In this document: positions 9,231 to 18,636 of the stretch, piece by piece
Position numbering within the stretch: position 1 is the first letter of the stretch
How the letters are laid out: every line of letters starts with the position of its first letter
Assembly: GCA_017883235.1 (NCBI GenBank)
Contig: JADGNY010000005.1
Coordinates: forward strand, 7,180-71,179
Length of the DNA: 64,000 bases
Direction of reading: 5' to 3'
From: Thermoanaerobaculia bacterium
Lineage (GTDB): Bacteria > Acidobacteriota > Thermoanaerobaculia > Gp7-AA8
Position numbers and translations under genes: made by a program
Notes under the pieces: generated by a model
What the model saw: the letters and a program-made list of their open reading frames with translations, nothing else
Told to the model about the DNA's origin: nothing
The model's database searches: none

Positions 9231-10544
9231 TCAAGGGTGCCAGAGTTGATTCGGCTCTCCTTTCTCCCACGGTTTGTACGCGAGGACGAAATCGATGCGG
9301 CGGCCGAGGGATGGGTGGGAGTAGTACCACCATTCGATGAAGCGCGGCGGGCGGGGATCTTCTTTCGAATCCTCGGCGAACTTGACGAACGAGCTGGCCA
9401 TCGCTTCGTTCTTGTGCGTCAGCTCGAGGCCGAACACGTCGGCCTGATGCTCGATGTGGCGCGAGTAGCCGGAGTAGACGGGCGAGAGGAGAAACGCCAG
9501 GAGGCTGCTGACGGCGAGCAGCCACGGCAGTGCGGCGGGATCCGCGCGATCTCCCATGCGCCAACGCACTCCCCATCGCGCCAGGCCCCATTCGAAGAGC
9601 CGCTGCGCGATGAAAAAGCCGATGAACGTGATGACGACACTGAAGGCGATCCCCTGCCAGAGATGTTTGAGAACGTAGTGACCCATCTCGTGGCCCATCA
9701 CGGAGAGGATCTCGTCGCGGTCGAGCTTGGCCAGGATGGTGTCCCAGAGGACGATGCGCGCCGACGGGCCGATGCCTGTGACGTAGGCGTTCATCTCCTT
9801 GGTCTGTTTCGATTTGTCGACTTCGAAGACACGACTCTGCTCGATCCCGGCGCTCGACGCTTCGTCGAGCAGTGCCTGCCGCAGGGAGGCGTCGCGCAGC
9901 GGGCGGAAGTCGTTGAAGAGCGGGTCGATGACCAGCGGCGTGGCCAGAACGCCGAGGAGGATCAGCGGGATGGTTCCTATCCAGAGGACGATCCACCAGC
10001 GGCGGATACGGCGGATGATGACCAGCGCGATCGCCGCCAGCGGCGTGAAGATGACGACATTCACCCCGAGCCCTTTGCCGAAGTCGCCGAGCCAGCCGGC
10101 GAAACTCTGATCGGTGAGATCGAATTGGTGGGGCACGATGAAGCCGCCGTAGAAATCAAGCGGGAACGTCAACGCCGTGATGACCATAGACAGCAGGACG
10201 AAATAGAGCATGGCCGCGACGAAGGGCCATCGCACCCAACGCTGCGCGAAGTCGCGCATCCGGGCCGACCACCCCGTGGCCAGGATGAGAAGAAGGATGG
10301 CGATGCCGTAGACGGAGTCGGTGAAATAGAGCGTTTCATCGATCCGGCTGTGACGGATCATTTCGGGGGTGACGTGGACGTCGAAACGCCTCGCGGGGGT
10401 CGGGGGTCGGGAGTCGGGGGTCGGAGTGATGATGCCTGGAGCGGAAGGATTCTCCGGCCCCCGGCTCCCGACTCCCGACCCCCGCGCCGGCTGCGGCATC
10501 GTCAGAGCCACAACGATCGCGCCGAGGAGAAACACCTTCTTCAT
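9231..10544 (-). CDS. M48 family (Ste24/HtpX-like) zinc metallopeptidase
   Basis: Multi-TM N-terminal half, HEMGH motif (VMGHEMGHYVLKH), and a downstream E...D in ...IEHQADVFG. Confidence 0.85.
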   Translation of the reverse strand: MKKVFLLGAIVVALTMPQPARGSGVGSRGPENPSAPGIITPTPDSRPPTPARRFDVHVTPEMIRHSRIDETLYFTDSVYGIAILLLILATGWSARMRDFAQRWVRWPFVAAMLYFVLLSMVITALTFPLDFYGGFIVPHQFDLTDQSFAGWLGDFGKGLGVNVVIFTPLAAIALVIIRRIRRWWIVLWIGTIPLILLGVLATPLVIDPLFNDFRPLRDASLRQALLDEASSAGIEQSRVFEVDKSKQTKEMNAYVTGIGPSARIVLWDTILAKLDRDEILSVMGHEMGHYVLKHLWQGIAFSVVITFIGFFIAQRLFEWGLARWGVRWRMGDRADPAALPWLLAVSSLLAFLLSPVYSGYSRHIEHQADVFGLELTHKNEAMASSFVKFAEDSKEDPRPPRFIEWWYYSHPSLGRRIDFVLAYKPWEKGEPNQLWHP

Positions 10545-10567
10545 ACCCGGCTATCATCGCATGCACG

Positions 10568-11047
10568 ATGACGTTTAACATTCGCGAAGCAACGGCGTCC
10601 GACGTCCCACTTATCCTGCAGTTCATTCGTGATCTGGCCGAGTACGAGAAGCTTGCGCATCTGGTCGTGGCGACGGAAGCAACGCTACGCGAAACACTCT
10701 TCGGCAGCACTCCCTTCGCCGAGGTTCTGATCGGGGAAGAAGACGGAACGGCGGCCGGATTCGCGCTCTTCTTTCACAACTACTCCACCTTCCTGGCGCA
10801 ACCGGGGATCTATCTGGAGGATCTCTTCGTCAAACCGGAGTACCGCGGGCGCGGTTACGGCAAAGCGTTGCTGGCGCGCCTGGCGCAGATTGCGCGCGAA
10901 CGCAACTGCGGACGCGTCGAATGGGCGGTGCTCGACTGGAATGAGCCGTCGATTGCGTTCTACAAGTCCCTCGGCGCGCGGGTGATGGACGACTGGCACA
11001 CGTTCCGGCTCACGGGGGAGGCGCTCGAGAAGCTGGCCGGCAGTTAG
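10568..11047 (+). CDS. GNAT N-acetyltransferase (diamine/spermidine acetyltransferase-like)
   Basis: IREATASDVPLILQFIRDLAEYEKL..., with motif A RGRGYGKALL. Confidence 0.8.
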   Translation: MTFNIREATASDVPLILQFIRDLAEYEKLAHLVVATEATLRETLFGSTPFAEVLIGEEDGTAAGFALFFHNYSTFLAQPGIYLEDLFVKPEYRGRGYGKALLARLAQIARERNCGRVEWAVLDWNEPSIAFYKSLGARVMDDWHTFRLTGEALEKLAGS

Positions 11048-11124
11048 TCTCCCCGTCGCACCTTCCTCGCCGAGCAGAAGAGCCAGGGAAGCGGCCCGGC
11101 ACGCTGAGCTATCATTCGGGCCTC

Positions 11125-13128
11125 ATGGCCACGATCCCCTGTATCCGTTGCGGCGTCCAGATCGACCGCGACTTCAAAGCCTGCCCGCACTGCGGCGAGC
11201 CGGTGACTGACTTCCTGCGCGAGTACGCCGACAAGCCGATCGACGGTAAGTACAAGATCGTCGAGCGCCTCGGAATCGGCGGCATGGGCGAGGTTTTCAA
11301 GGTGGAGCACACCTTCCTCGGCTCGACGCGCGTGGTGAAGATCATCCGCGCGCAGATCTCCGAGAGCAGCGACATCCACGAACGCTTCCTGCGCGAGGCG
11401 CGCATGGCCACGAAGGTCCAGCATCCGAATGTGGCCACGCTCCACGACTTCTCCGCCCTTCCGGACGGCTCGCATTACATGGTCTGGGAGTTCATCGACG
11501 GGGAGAATCTGGCCCAGGTCCTGAAGCGCCGCGGAACGCTGGCGCCGCGTCACGCCGTGCGCATCGCCATCCAGGCGCTGGCCGGCCTGGAAGCAATCCA
11601 CCGCGCCGGTATCGTCCATCGCGACATCAGCCCGGAGAATCTGATGATCACGCACGCCGCCGACGGTTCCGAGTTCGTGAAGATCATCGATCTCGGCGTG
11701 GCCAAGGCGGCCGAAGCGGATGTGGCCATGACCCAGACCGGGATGTTCGTCGGCAAGTTCCGCTACGCCTCCCCCGACCACCTCGGGTTTCTGCCCGCCG
11801 GCGAACGGATCGACGGCCGCGCCGATCTCTACTCGCTCGCAGTGGTGCTGTTCGAGATGCTCACCGGGCGGCCGCCGTTCGAGGCGACATCGCCGCATGA
11901 GTACATCCTTCACCATTCCCGCGATGAGTATCTGCTCTCGCCCGATCTCGACCGCATTACGGGCAACCCGGCGCTGCAGACCGTGCTGGCGAAGGCCCTC
12001 GAGCGCGACCGCAACAAGCGTTTCGCCACCGCGCGCGAGTTTTCCGATGCCCTCGCCGCGATCGAGCCGACTCTGCCTGATGAAACGTCGAAAACAACAG
12101 GTCCGTTCGATGCCGAGGCCACGATGCGCACGGAACGGACCGGGACAGTTCCTGTCCCACCGGTATCAACCGCCGTCCCCACCGTCACTCCCGCTCCTCC
12201 CCCAGCCCCGCCACCGGCAGCGCAATCGGTGACGCGGCCGGCGACGGTGCCGTCTCCTCTTCCCCCGCCGCCACAATTCGAGGCTCCGCCAACCGTCGTC
12301 GACCCGATGCCGATGGCGATGCCGGCGGCTCCCCCCCAACCGCAGGTAGCGGCCGCACCCCCGAAACGCGGCAGCGGCCCCATCATCGCGGTCATCGTCA
12401 TCGTATTGGTCGTCCTCGGTGCGATGGCGGCGGCCGGCGTGTTCGTCATGAGGAAGTACATTCATTGGCCACTTACGACCACTGCACTGACGACGACAAC
12501 GGCGACAACAACGACCGCCACTGCCTCGGCGGCGCCGTCGCAGACGAGCGTCGACGTCACGCCGCCCGCGCCGGTCATCATCGACAACACGACAACTCCG
12601 ACGACCACGACGGCCACCGCGACGCTGACGACGTTGTCCGCTCCCATCGTTCCTCCTCCGACGGCCACGCACGCACCGCCGAAACCGAAGACTGCCACCG
12701 TCGAAGAGCCCGCACCGGTTGAAGAAACGCCGGAACCGGAACCGGCGCCCGTTCCCGCATCGGCGCCGACGTTCCGGGAACGAGGCGACAGCAACGCCAA
12801 TGAGGCCGCCGTGGCGGCGCTGCATCAGCAGATCGGCGGGGTGACGCGGGTCTACCTGACCGGCGGCGACGCGGAGATGATCAAACAGCTTTCCGACGCA
12901 CTGCGCGGGCGCGGCGTCAGCGTCGGCGAAGGCGCGCCGGTCGAGATCCGCTTCACCGGCTCGGTCGAGTCTCATGGCTTCGGTAAGAAGAGCCGGTCGG
13001 CAACCGCCACCATCAGAAAGAATGGCCGTCCCATTTTCCAGTACGTGATGCCGCGGGAGGACTACCGCGTCGGCGATAGTCCGGCCGAGGCATTCGCCAG
13101 GATACTGAGCAACGCGTTGGCCCGATAA
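11125..13128 (+). CDS. Ser/Thr protein kinase with N-terminal zinc ribbon, Pro/Thr-rich linker, one TM helix and an extracytoplasmic C-terminal domain
   Basis: Motifs: CIRCG...CPHCG, G-loop GIGGMGEV, VVKII, HRDISPENLM and IDLGVA. These are followed by P-rich and T-rich tracts around the TM helix IIAVIVIVLVVLGAMAAAGVFV. Confidence 0.9.
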   Translation: MATIPCIRCGVQIDRDFKACPHCGEPVTDFLREYADKPIDGKYKIVERLGIGGMGEVFKVEHTFLGSTRVVKIIRAQISESSDIHERFLREARMATKVQHPNVATLHDFSALPDGSHYMVWEFIDGENLAQVLKRRGTLAPRHAVRIAIQALAGLEAIHRAGIVHRDISPENLMITHAADGSEFVKIIDLGVAKAAEADVAMTQTGMFVGKFRYASPDHLGFLPAGERIDGRADLYSLAVVLFEMLTGRPPFEATSPHEYILHHSRDEYLLSPDLDRITGNPALQTVLAKALERDRNKRFATAREFSDALAAIEPTLPDETSKTTGPFDAEATMRTERTGTVPVPPVSTAVPTVTPAPPPAPPPAAQSVTRPATVPSPLPPPPQFEAPPTVVDPMPMAMPAAPPQPQVAAAPPKRGSGPIIAVIVIVLVVLGAMAAAGVFVMRKYIHWPLTTTALTTTTATTTTATASAAPSQTSVDVTPPAPVIIDNTTTPTTTTATATLTTLSAPIVPPPTATHAPPKPKTATVEEPAPVEETPEPEPAPVPASAPTFRERGDSNANEAAVAALHQQIGGVTRVYLTGGDAEMIKQLSDALRGRGVSVGEGAPVEIRFTGSVESHGFGKKSRSATATIRKNGRPIFQYVMPREDYRVGDSPAEAFARILSNALAR

Positions 13129-13217
13129 GCCCGGCGGGTGAACTGCGGCTTCGCCGCGTTGTCTGCGCGCTGCGGCGCGCGTGGTCGGAGTTATCCATTT
13201 GACGCGGTCGGCGGCAA

Positions 13218-13430
13218 CTGCGCGGCTTCGCCGCCAGGCACAGACAAGAGTGTCTGTGCCACATTGGACATGCCTTTTGGGCACAGCCGGTTTGTGCCAC
13301 GAACAGACGAGAGTGCCTGTGCGCCACGCTGGATTGAGAGATCAATGCGTCGCGATTCCAGACTTCTCAAATACCGATGTCCAATGTGGCACAGACACTC
13401 TTGTCTGTGCCTGGCGGCGAAGCCGCGCAG
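13218..13430. repeat. MITE-like element with 54-bp perfect terminal inverted repeats
   Basis: 13218-13271 (ctgcgcggcttcgccgccaggcacagacaagagtgtctgtgccacattggacat) is the exact reverse complement of 13377-13430. Each arm carries the 24-bp palindrome ggcacagaca-nnnn-tgtctgtgcc, which is also seen at 23710 and 23982. Confidence 0.75.
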
Positions 13431-13543
13431 TCATTCGCGATGCAGAAGTCAACGCGACAGTACGTAACTCTCAGGCGTCCTTTCTCTACGCCGACCTTCC
13501 GGTGTGACGCGAGCGCGAGCCACGCACTGGAGATCGCCGCGCA

Positions 13544-13744
13544 TTACTCCTCGAGACGTTCAGACCAATCTGACGGCCCTTCGAGATTCAGCGCCTGAGC
13601 AGTCCGAAGAAACGAGCTTGATTTGCTCTCGTCCGCGACCGTAGTCTCGATCGTGACGCGAACACGGGTGTTCGGTGCAAGAGTCACAGGGCCCTCGGGG
13701 CGCAGCACCTCGCCATCGTAAGTGGCGAAAACGGTTGTCGTCAT
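13544..13744 (-). CDS. DUF104 (AF2212-like) antitoxin family protein, orphan
   Basis: MTTTVFATYDGEVLRPEGPVTLAPNTRVRVTIE is the typical DUF104 N-terminus. No PIN gene follows it. Confidence 0.65.
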   Translation of the reverse strand: MTTTVFATYDGEVLRPEGPVTLAPNTRVRVTIETTVADESKSSSFLRTAQALNLEGPSDWSERLEE

Positions 13745-13922
13745 TCCTGTTCCTCCTCTTGAGTGTCTTCATCGGCGTAATGCTTCGTTCTTCGCATGCC
13801 AGCTTGCACCGCCGTCGTACCCGTCGAAATCGTCCAAGCCGTCGCGATCGGAAGCGTGGTGTATCGTAGCAACGTTCTTCGCCTGCCGTTCTGCGGCCCG
13901 GCGGTAGAAGCCATACTGATGC

Positions 13923-14210
13923 ATGAAACTGCGGTTCTACATCGATCCCGAAACGGGCGAACCACATATTCTCAATCACGATGTGGATGAAGAGGAGGTC
14001 AGGGAGGTCCTCGAAAACGCTGGTGAAGATCGACCGGGGCGGGAAGGGTCCCGCGTGGTCATCGGCAGAACTGAAGACGGACGCTACCTGCGCGTGATCT
14101 ACGTCCCTGATCCCGAGCCCGACAGCGCCTTCGTGATCACGGCGTATGATTTGAAAGGCAAACCCCTGGCTGCCTATCGGAGCCGCCGCAAAAGAAAGGG
14201 AAGACGATGA
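13923..14210 (+). CDS. Putative small toxin (BrnT/DUF4258-like layout)
   Basis: 95 aa with ...GRTEDGRYLRVIYVPDPEPDSAFVITAYDL and a basic tail. It has a 4-nt overlap with the downstream small acidic ORF. The family call is uncertain. Confidence 0.45.
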   Translation: MKLRFYIDPETGEPHILNHDVDEEEVREVLENAGEDRPGREGSRVVIGRTEDGRYLRVIYVPDPEPDSAFVITAYDLKGKPLAAYRSRRKRKGRR

Positions 14211-14413
14211 AGCGAACGAAGTTCCCGAAAGGATGGGACGAGGAGCGCGTGCGGCAGGTTCTCCGTCATTACGACCAGCAAGGCGAAGTAGAAGCTGTCG
14301 CTGAAGACGAGGCGGCTTTCGAAGATCCCACGCAGACGGTCATCGAAGTTCCGCGGGAACTCGTACCGGCAATCCGCGAGCTCATCGCGAAACACGAGAA
14401 TCGAACCGCCTAG
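14207..14413 (+). CDS. Putative cognate antitoxin (small acidic protein)
   Basis: 68 aa, KFPKGWDEERVRQVLRHYDQQGEVEAVAEDEAAFED... It is coupled to the upstream ORF. Confidence 0.45.
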   Translation: MKRTKFPKGWDEERVRQVLRHYDQQGEVEAVAEDEAAFEDPTQTVIEVPRELVPAIRELIAKHENRTA

Positions 14414-14494
14414 TCGAGTTCTCCTCGGCGCGTGAATTGCGAGATGCGCTGGAGCCGTTGGCTGGATTCGAAGCGCTGACCTGATGATTACCAA

Positions 14495-17281
14495 TCAGCG
14501 CGAGAGGACGTAACTCTCGATCCCGGCGCGGCGTAGTCGATCAACGGCCGTGGCGGCCATCGTTCGTGAGACGAACGGTCCGGTGCGGACAAGGAGCAGC
14601 CCCTCGCCGCGGTCGGTGAACGGCGTCTCGCCGAGGCGTTTCAGACGGGTGGCGAGCTGGCGCGCGTTTGCGGGCTCGCGAAATGCGCCGATTTGCACGA
14701 CGAAGGCGCCCGCGGCGACTGGGGCAGGAGGCTTCGATTCGGCGATGGTCGCGATGGTTCCGATTGCGACGTCGCGCAGCGTTACCGGCTCGGCGGGCAG
14801 CGTAATCTCGTGCGTAACGGTGCGGCCGGCGATGGTGGCAGTCAGCGAGAGACGGCCGGCCGGCAACGAGCGGAAGACGAAGTTCCCGTGTGCGTCGACG
14901 GCGGCGCGGCGTCCGAGGGATTCGATCATTACCGAATCCGCACCTGCGACCGTGCCGGCGACGCTGCGCAGCGCAACAACGGCAAACGACGTCGTCCGCG
15001 GAACATCGGCCGCGAGAGTCACGCTCTGATCCCCTTCCTCCGCTGCATACCCGGCCGGCAGCGTTTCCGGCACGAGCGCGACGCGATAGGTCCCGGCGGG
15101 AACGGCAAGGGCGAACCGGCCGTCGCTGTCGGTGGTTGCGGCGATGCGGACGTCGTGCGGTGCGACGGCGGCGATGGTGACTCCGGCGATTCCGACGTTG
15201 GCGTCGCTGGCCACGCGTCCATTCAGGCGTGCCGATGACCAGATGACGCCGAAATCGACGCGGGCACGCCCACTGACCTCGACGCGCGACGCGGTCGTGA
15301 AATACGCCGGGTGCGAGGAAGGAAGTTGCGCGATCACGGAGTGCGATCCGGGATCGACGCCGTGGAATGCATACGCGCCGTGGGCGTCGCTCCGCGTGGT
15401 CTGCGTGCCGTCGAGCATGACGATGACGTCCGGAAGCGGCGCCGCATTCGCGGCGGAGCCGTGCATCTCCGGATCGAGGAAGACGATGCCTTCGATCGTG
15501 GTGCGCCGCTGCAGCATCGCCGGCACACCGTCGAAGCGCTGCCGGACGCCGGCTTCGACCGCTTTCCCATCCTGCTGGAATGCGAGCGCGCCACCACGCC
15601 ACCAGGAGATTGACCCGAATAGATCGGTCTGCGCGAGAACGCGCCGGCTGTACGACAGCGTTCCGATCGTAGCCGTGCGCGTGGTACCGACACTTTCGTC
15701 GCGGTCGGCGACGGCGTGGAAGCGGAGCTGGTCGCGCCCCTCCCCTGTCCCGATCCAACTGGCGTCGAAACCGGCCAGCAAACGGCGGGGCGTGAGGTTC
15801 ACGGTCAGCCCTTCGATGTAGCCGAGGTTGACCAATGCCGGATTGTCGCGCAATGCCCGCGCAACCTCTTCCGGCGAGTGAACCGAGATGCCGAGACGCT
15901 GGAACGCGAGGGCCAGGCCGGGCTCCTCGCGGAAGATGAGATCGAGCGTCGGCGCCTGACGCTGGCGCTCGACCCAGAGACTGGTGGTGAATCCCCTATG
16001 GCTCGCGCGCGCGCCGAGGCGGACGACATCGCCTCGGCGGCTGGCGTTGTCGTTGTCGAGCACCCGCGCGGAGAGCGATGCTCCGAACGATGGCCTGTCG
16101 TAGGCCACTCCGGCCGGAACGGCAATGGTGCGGATGGAGAGCGTCGTGCTGCGCAGATCATTCACGGATGCGCCGCTGGTAATCGTCAGACGTGGTGTGG
16201 CCGCGTAACGCAACGTGAGTGAACCGTTCGAGAACGTCTGCCGCAGCGACTGGAAGTGATAGTCGTCGTACGCGGCGAAGGTCTCCGCGGTCAGACGCGA
16301 GGTGGCGCGGTGCGTCCAGGCGAGCTCCCCGTGCGCGCCGGGGATGTCGCTGATGCCGAGCGTTGGAAAGTCGCTCGGTTTGAAGGTGAAGTGCCCGAGA
16401 AGATGGTCACGCGCCGCGTCGTAGCGAAGATCGGCGGCTACAGCGATGGCACGGCTCACGCCGATTTCACCGCGAAGCCAGAGCGCGTCGGTGCGGCGGT
16501 ACTCCGCGGCCAGAGCGCCTTCGACGCCGCGCCGGGCCGTTGTCTGCTTCGGTTCCGAAAGGAACCCGTAGAGCGAAGGCGTCCAGCGGATCCCGCCGCG
16601 ATCGATGCCGTATCCGATTCCTGCCACCCAGCGGCGGTCGGCAGGGAGGAAGAGATCCTCGTACATCGTGGCCGCGGCGTAGCCGGCATGCAGTTCGAGG
16701 GTGTGGTCCAGCAAATGGAAGCCGCGCACCTGCGTTCCGTGAACGGTGAGCGCTGACGCGTCGACGTAGTCGTCGCCGAACGTGATCTCGCGATGCGGCG
16801 TGTTGACGCGGTAGAACATCGATGGAAACGCGGTCGACGATCCGCCGAAGCGCTCGCCGAGGTAGTGGACGTTCAGTAGGTGAAATTGAGACTGGCGCTC
16901 GCCGTCGCGCATGAAAACATCGAAGGAGTTTTGCAGCCGCGAGGTATCGCTGGCGTAACGCGTCTCCAGTCGGCCGATGGGCTCGTTCGCGGCCACAGCG
17001 TGTGGAATCGAGGCTCCCCGCGCCGGCCCGACGGTGACGAGGAACGCGGTCGTGCCGGACGCGGTCACGGCAATGAGCTGCGTAGAACCGGCGCTACGGC
17101 CGGTCAGGGCAATGCTTCCGGCGCGCACCATGGCCACATCGACGATGGCCGGATCGATGGCGTAGGCGGCGGTGGCGCCGTCGATGTCGATGGTTACACT
17201 CTCATGCACGTGCACGGTGACGTTGTCCGCGCGCGTGTTGAGCGCGAAGAGCACGACAGCGGCGACGAGCATGCGTTTCAT
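14495..17281 (-). CDS. Large outer-membrane protein: pilus-formation N-terminal (pil_N/BON-like) domain, predicted beta-barrel, three CarboxypepD_reg-like domains and a C-terminal SPOR domain
   Basis: Start at MKRMLVAAVVLFALNTRA (signal peptide). The N-terminal segment VTVHVHESVTIDIDG...IALTGRSAGSTQLIAV resembles the CpaC/secretin N-domain. The long middle region has alternating-residue strands (LRYAATPRLTITSGASV...). Three G-x-V...DG-x-F/Y...G-x-Y modules follow. The end, FVVQIGAFREPANARQLATRL...GPF, is SPOR-like. Confidence 0.75.
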   Translation of the reverse strand: MKRMLVAAVVLFALNTRADNVTVHVHESVTIDIDGATAAYAIDPAIVDVAMVRAGSIALTGRSAGSTQLIAVTASGTTAFLVTVGPARGASIPHAVAANEPIGRLETRYASDTSRLQNSFDVFMRDGERQSQFHLLNVHYLGERFGGSSTAFPSMFYRVNTPHREITFGDDYVDASALTVHGTQVRGFHLLDHTLELHAGYAAATMYEDLFLPADRRWVAGIGYGIDRGGIRWTPSLYGFLSEPKQTTARRGVEGALAAEYRRTDALWLRGEIGVSRAIAVAADLRYDAARDHLLGHFTFKPSDFPTLGISDIPGAHGELAWTHRATSRLTAETFAAYDDYHFQSLRQTFSNGSLTLRYAATPRLTITSGASVNDLRSTTLSIRTIAVPAGVAYDRPSFGASLSARVLDNDNASRRGDVVRLGARASHRGFTTSLWVERQRQAPTLDLIFREEPGLALAFQRLGISVHSPEEVARALRDNPALVNLGYIEGLTVNLTPRRLLAGFDASWIGTGEGRDQLRFHAVADRDESVGTTRTATIGTLSYSRRVLAQTDLFGSISWWRGGALAFQQDGKAVEAGVRQRFDGVPAMLQRRTTIEGIVFLDPEMHGSAANAAPLPDVIVMLDGTQTTRSDAHGAYAFHGVDPGSHSVIAQLPSSHPAYFTTASRVEVSGRARVDFGVIWSSARLNGRVASDANVGIAGVTIAAVAPHDVRIAATTDSDGRFALAVPAGTYRVALVPETLPAGYAAEEGDQSVTLAADVPRTTSFAVVALRSVAGTVAGADSVMIESLGRRAAVDAHGNFVFRSLPAGRLSLTATIAGRTVTHEITLPAEPVTLRDVAIGTIATIAESKPPAPVAAGAFVVQIGAFREPANARQLATRLKRLGETPFTDRGEGLLLVRTGPFVSRTMAATAVDRLRRAGIESYVLSR

Positions 17282-18042
17282 CGGACATCGAACTCCGCGG
17301 CCGAGGTCACGCTGGTCGCCGCGAATTGATACGTCATGAGAGCGCGGTAGTGGCCGCGAGCGAGCTCGCCGGGGTATTCGGCACGAACATCGGTCCATTC
17401 GCCGGGGAGAAGGCGCCGCGCCGGGACCGGAGTCCGTCCCAGGAGGATGCCTCTCCCACTGACGATGGCGAGCATTCCCGTGGCCACGAACGGCTCAGGG
17501 CCGCTGTTGATCAGTTGCTGGGTGACGGCGAGGTTGGAGGTGGCTGTGGGGGGATGAACGTCGAGCGGCGTCGAGGAGGAGAGCACATCGTCGGACAGGG
17601 CGAAGGTCATCAGCATGCCGAGGGAGACGGTGGATCCAATGGAGCCGCGTTGCAGTTTCGTTGTGCCGTGGAAGAGCGCCAGGATGGCCCGGGCTGCCGG
17701 TTTCGGCGGAATGGTGATGGTCACATCGACGCGCACGCTTTCGCCGGGCCCGATGGTGACCGACTTCCGTGAGAATGCGGCTGTGGCGGCGACGCTGCCG
17801 GAGAGTTGTCCCGCCTCGACGAAGACACGGCGCCCGTCTCGGACCACGATGTCCTGCGCTTTGAGATCGAATGAGAACGGCAGGGTGGAGCCGTTGGTCA
17901 GCTTCATCGTCTGCGTGGTGCTTTGACCGGCGGTGCCGCGCAGAATGACGGCCGCGGGAGTGATGGAGAGCGAGCCGCCACCGGCGGCCGCGGTCACGGC
18001 AACCGCCAGGATGAATGTTGCAATCGATAGGACCCGCATCAT
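17278..18042 (-). CDS. Periplasmic two-Ig-domain protein, candidate PapD-like chaperone
   Basis: Start at MMRVLSIATFILAVAVTAAAG, with GGAGAT upstream. SLSITPAAVILRGTAGQSTTQTMKLTNGSTLPFSF resembles the first strand pattern of pilus chaperones. A second beta-rich half follows. It has a 4-nt overlap with the downstream OM gene. Confidence 0.6.
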   Translation of the reverse strand: MMRVLSIATFILAVAVTAAAGGGSLSITPAAVILRGTAGQSTTQTMKLTNGSTLPFSFDLKAQDIVVRDGRRVFVEAGQLSGSVAATAAFSRKSVTIGPGESVRVDVTITIPPKPAARAILALFHGTTKLQRGSIGSTVSLGMLMTFALSDDVLSSSTPLDVHPPTATSNLAVTQQLINSGPEPFVATGMLAIVSGRGILLGRTPVPARRLLPGEWTDVRAEYPGELARGHYRALMTYQFAATSVTSAAEFDVR

Positions 18043-18076
18043 GGATCTCCTGATTCTCGCACGTTTACTTCCGTCC

Positions 18077-18565
18077 TTATTGAGCGATGACGTCCCAGGT
18101 GATGGCGGCGGCAATCGGTCCGGGGGCGACGGTATCGCTGACTTCGATTTCGAGGATGTGGAAGGCAACCGCGCCGATTGCAGCGTGCGCGTCGATGATG
18201 ACCGGCGCTTCCGTGAGCAGCTTTCCGTCGAGCCGCATCGATGTGCGGCCATCCGTCGATTCGAGATGTGCCGTGACGGTGGCCACTCCCGAGACGGTAC
18301 CGGCCGTGCGGACGACGCGGAGGCCAAAGCGCCGCTGCACGCGCGCGCCGCGCTGATGGCTGCCGGCATGGCCCGCCGCGACATCTCTGACGTCGAGCCA
18401 GGCGTCGCCGCCGGCCGCGGTAAAGCTGCTGTCGGCGGCGGGGGCGTCGACGAAGACGATCGAGAGAGCGTCGTCGATGACCGGAGCTGCCGAGCGTCTC
18501 CGCGCGGCCGATGCCGGCAATGCCAGCAGAGCCGCCAGAAGCACGATTGCGAATTGCCGTTTCAT
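18077..18565 (-). CDS. Secreted beta-rich small protein (candidate minor fibre subunit)
   Basis: Start at MKRQFAIVLLAALLALPASA (signal peptide), with GGAGAG upstream. 162 aa. Confidence 0.6.
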   Translation of the reverse strand: MKRQFAIVLLAALLALPASAARRRSAAPVIDDALSIVFVDAPAADSSFTAAGGDAWLDVRDVAAGHAGSHQRGARVQRRFGLRVVRTAGTVSGVATVTAHLESTDGRTSMRLDGKLLTEAPVIIDAHAAIGAVAFHILEIEVSDTVAPGPIAAAITWDVIAQ

Positions 18566-18636
18566 GGTCTCTCCGCGAACGACAATGCCGGAGGGCACGA
18601 TTGCCCTCCGGCACCGTTTACTGCGGCTGGTTTGTC

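Noticed and set aside
9073-10571. ORFs 9073-9996 (-) and 9237-10571 (+), which overlap the M48 peptidase gene.
   Set aside because: They are alternative-frame or antisense products with Arg/Pro/Asp-rich composition. The M48 frame carries HEMGH and a coherent TM pattern.
12166-13284. A 372-aa Arg-rich ORF antisense to the kinase C-terminus, plus other ORFs within the Pro/Thr-rich region.
   Set aside because: Low-complexity Arg/Gly composition that mirrors the Pro/Thr-rich coding strand. No start context.
13560-13979. ORFs 13560-13979 (-), 13741-13965 (-) and 13675-13907 (+) in the spacer between the DUF104 gene and the BrnT-like gene.
   Set aside because: They overlap each other and the DUF104 gene, have Arg-rich or odd composition, and lack ribosome-binding context. 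The region is more likely a divergent promoter spacer.
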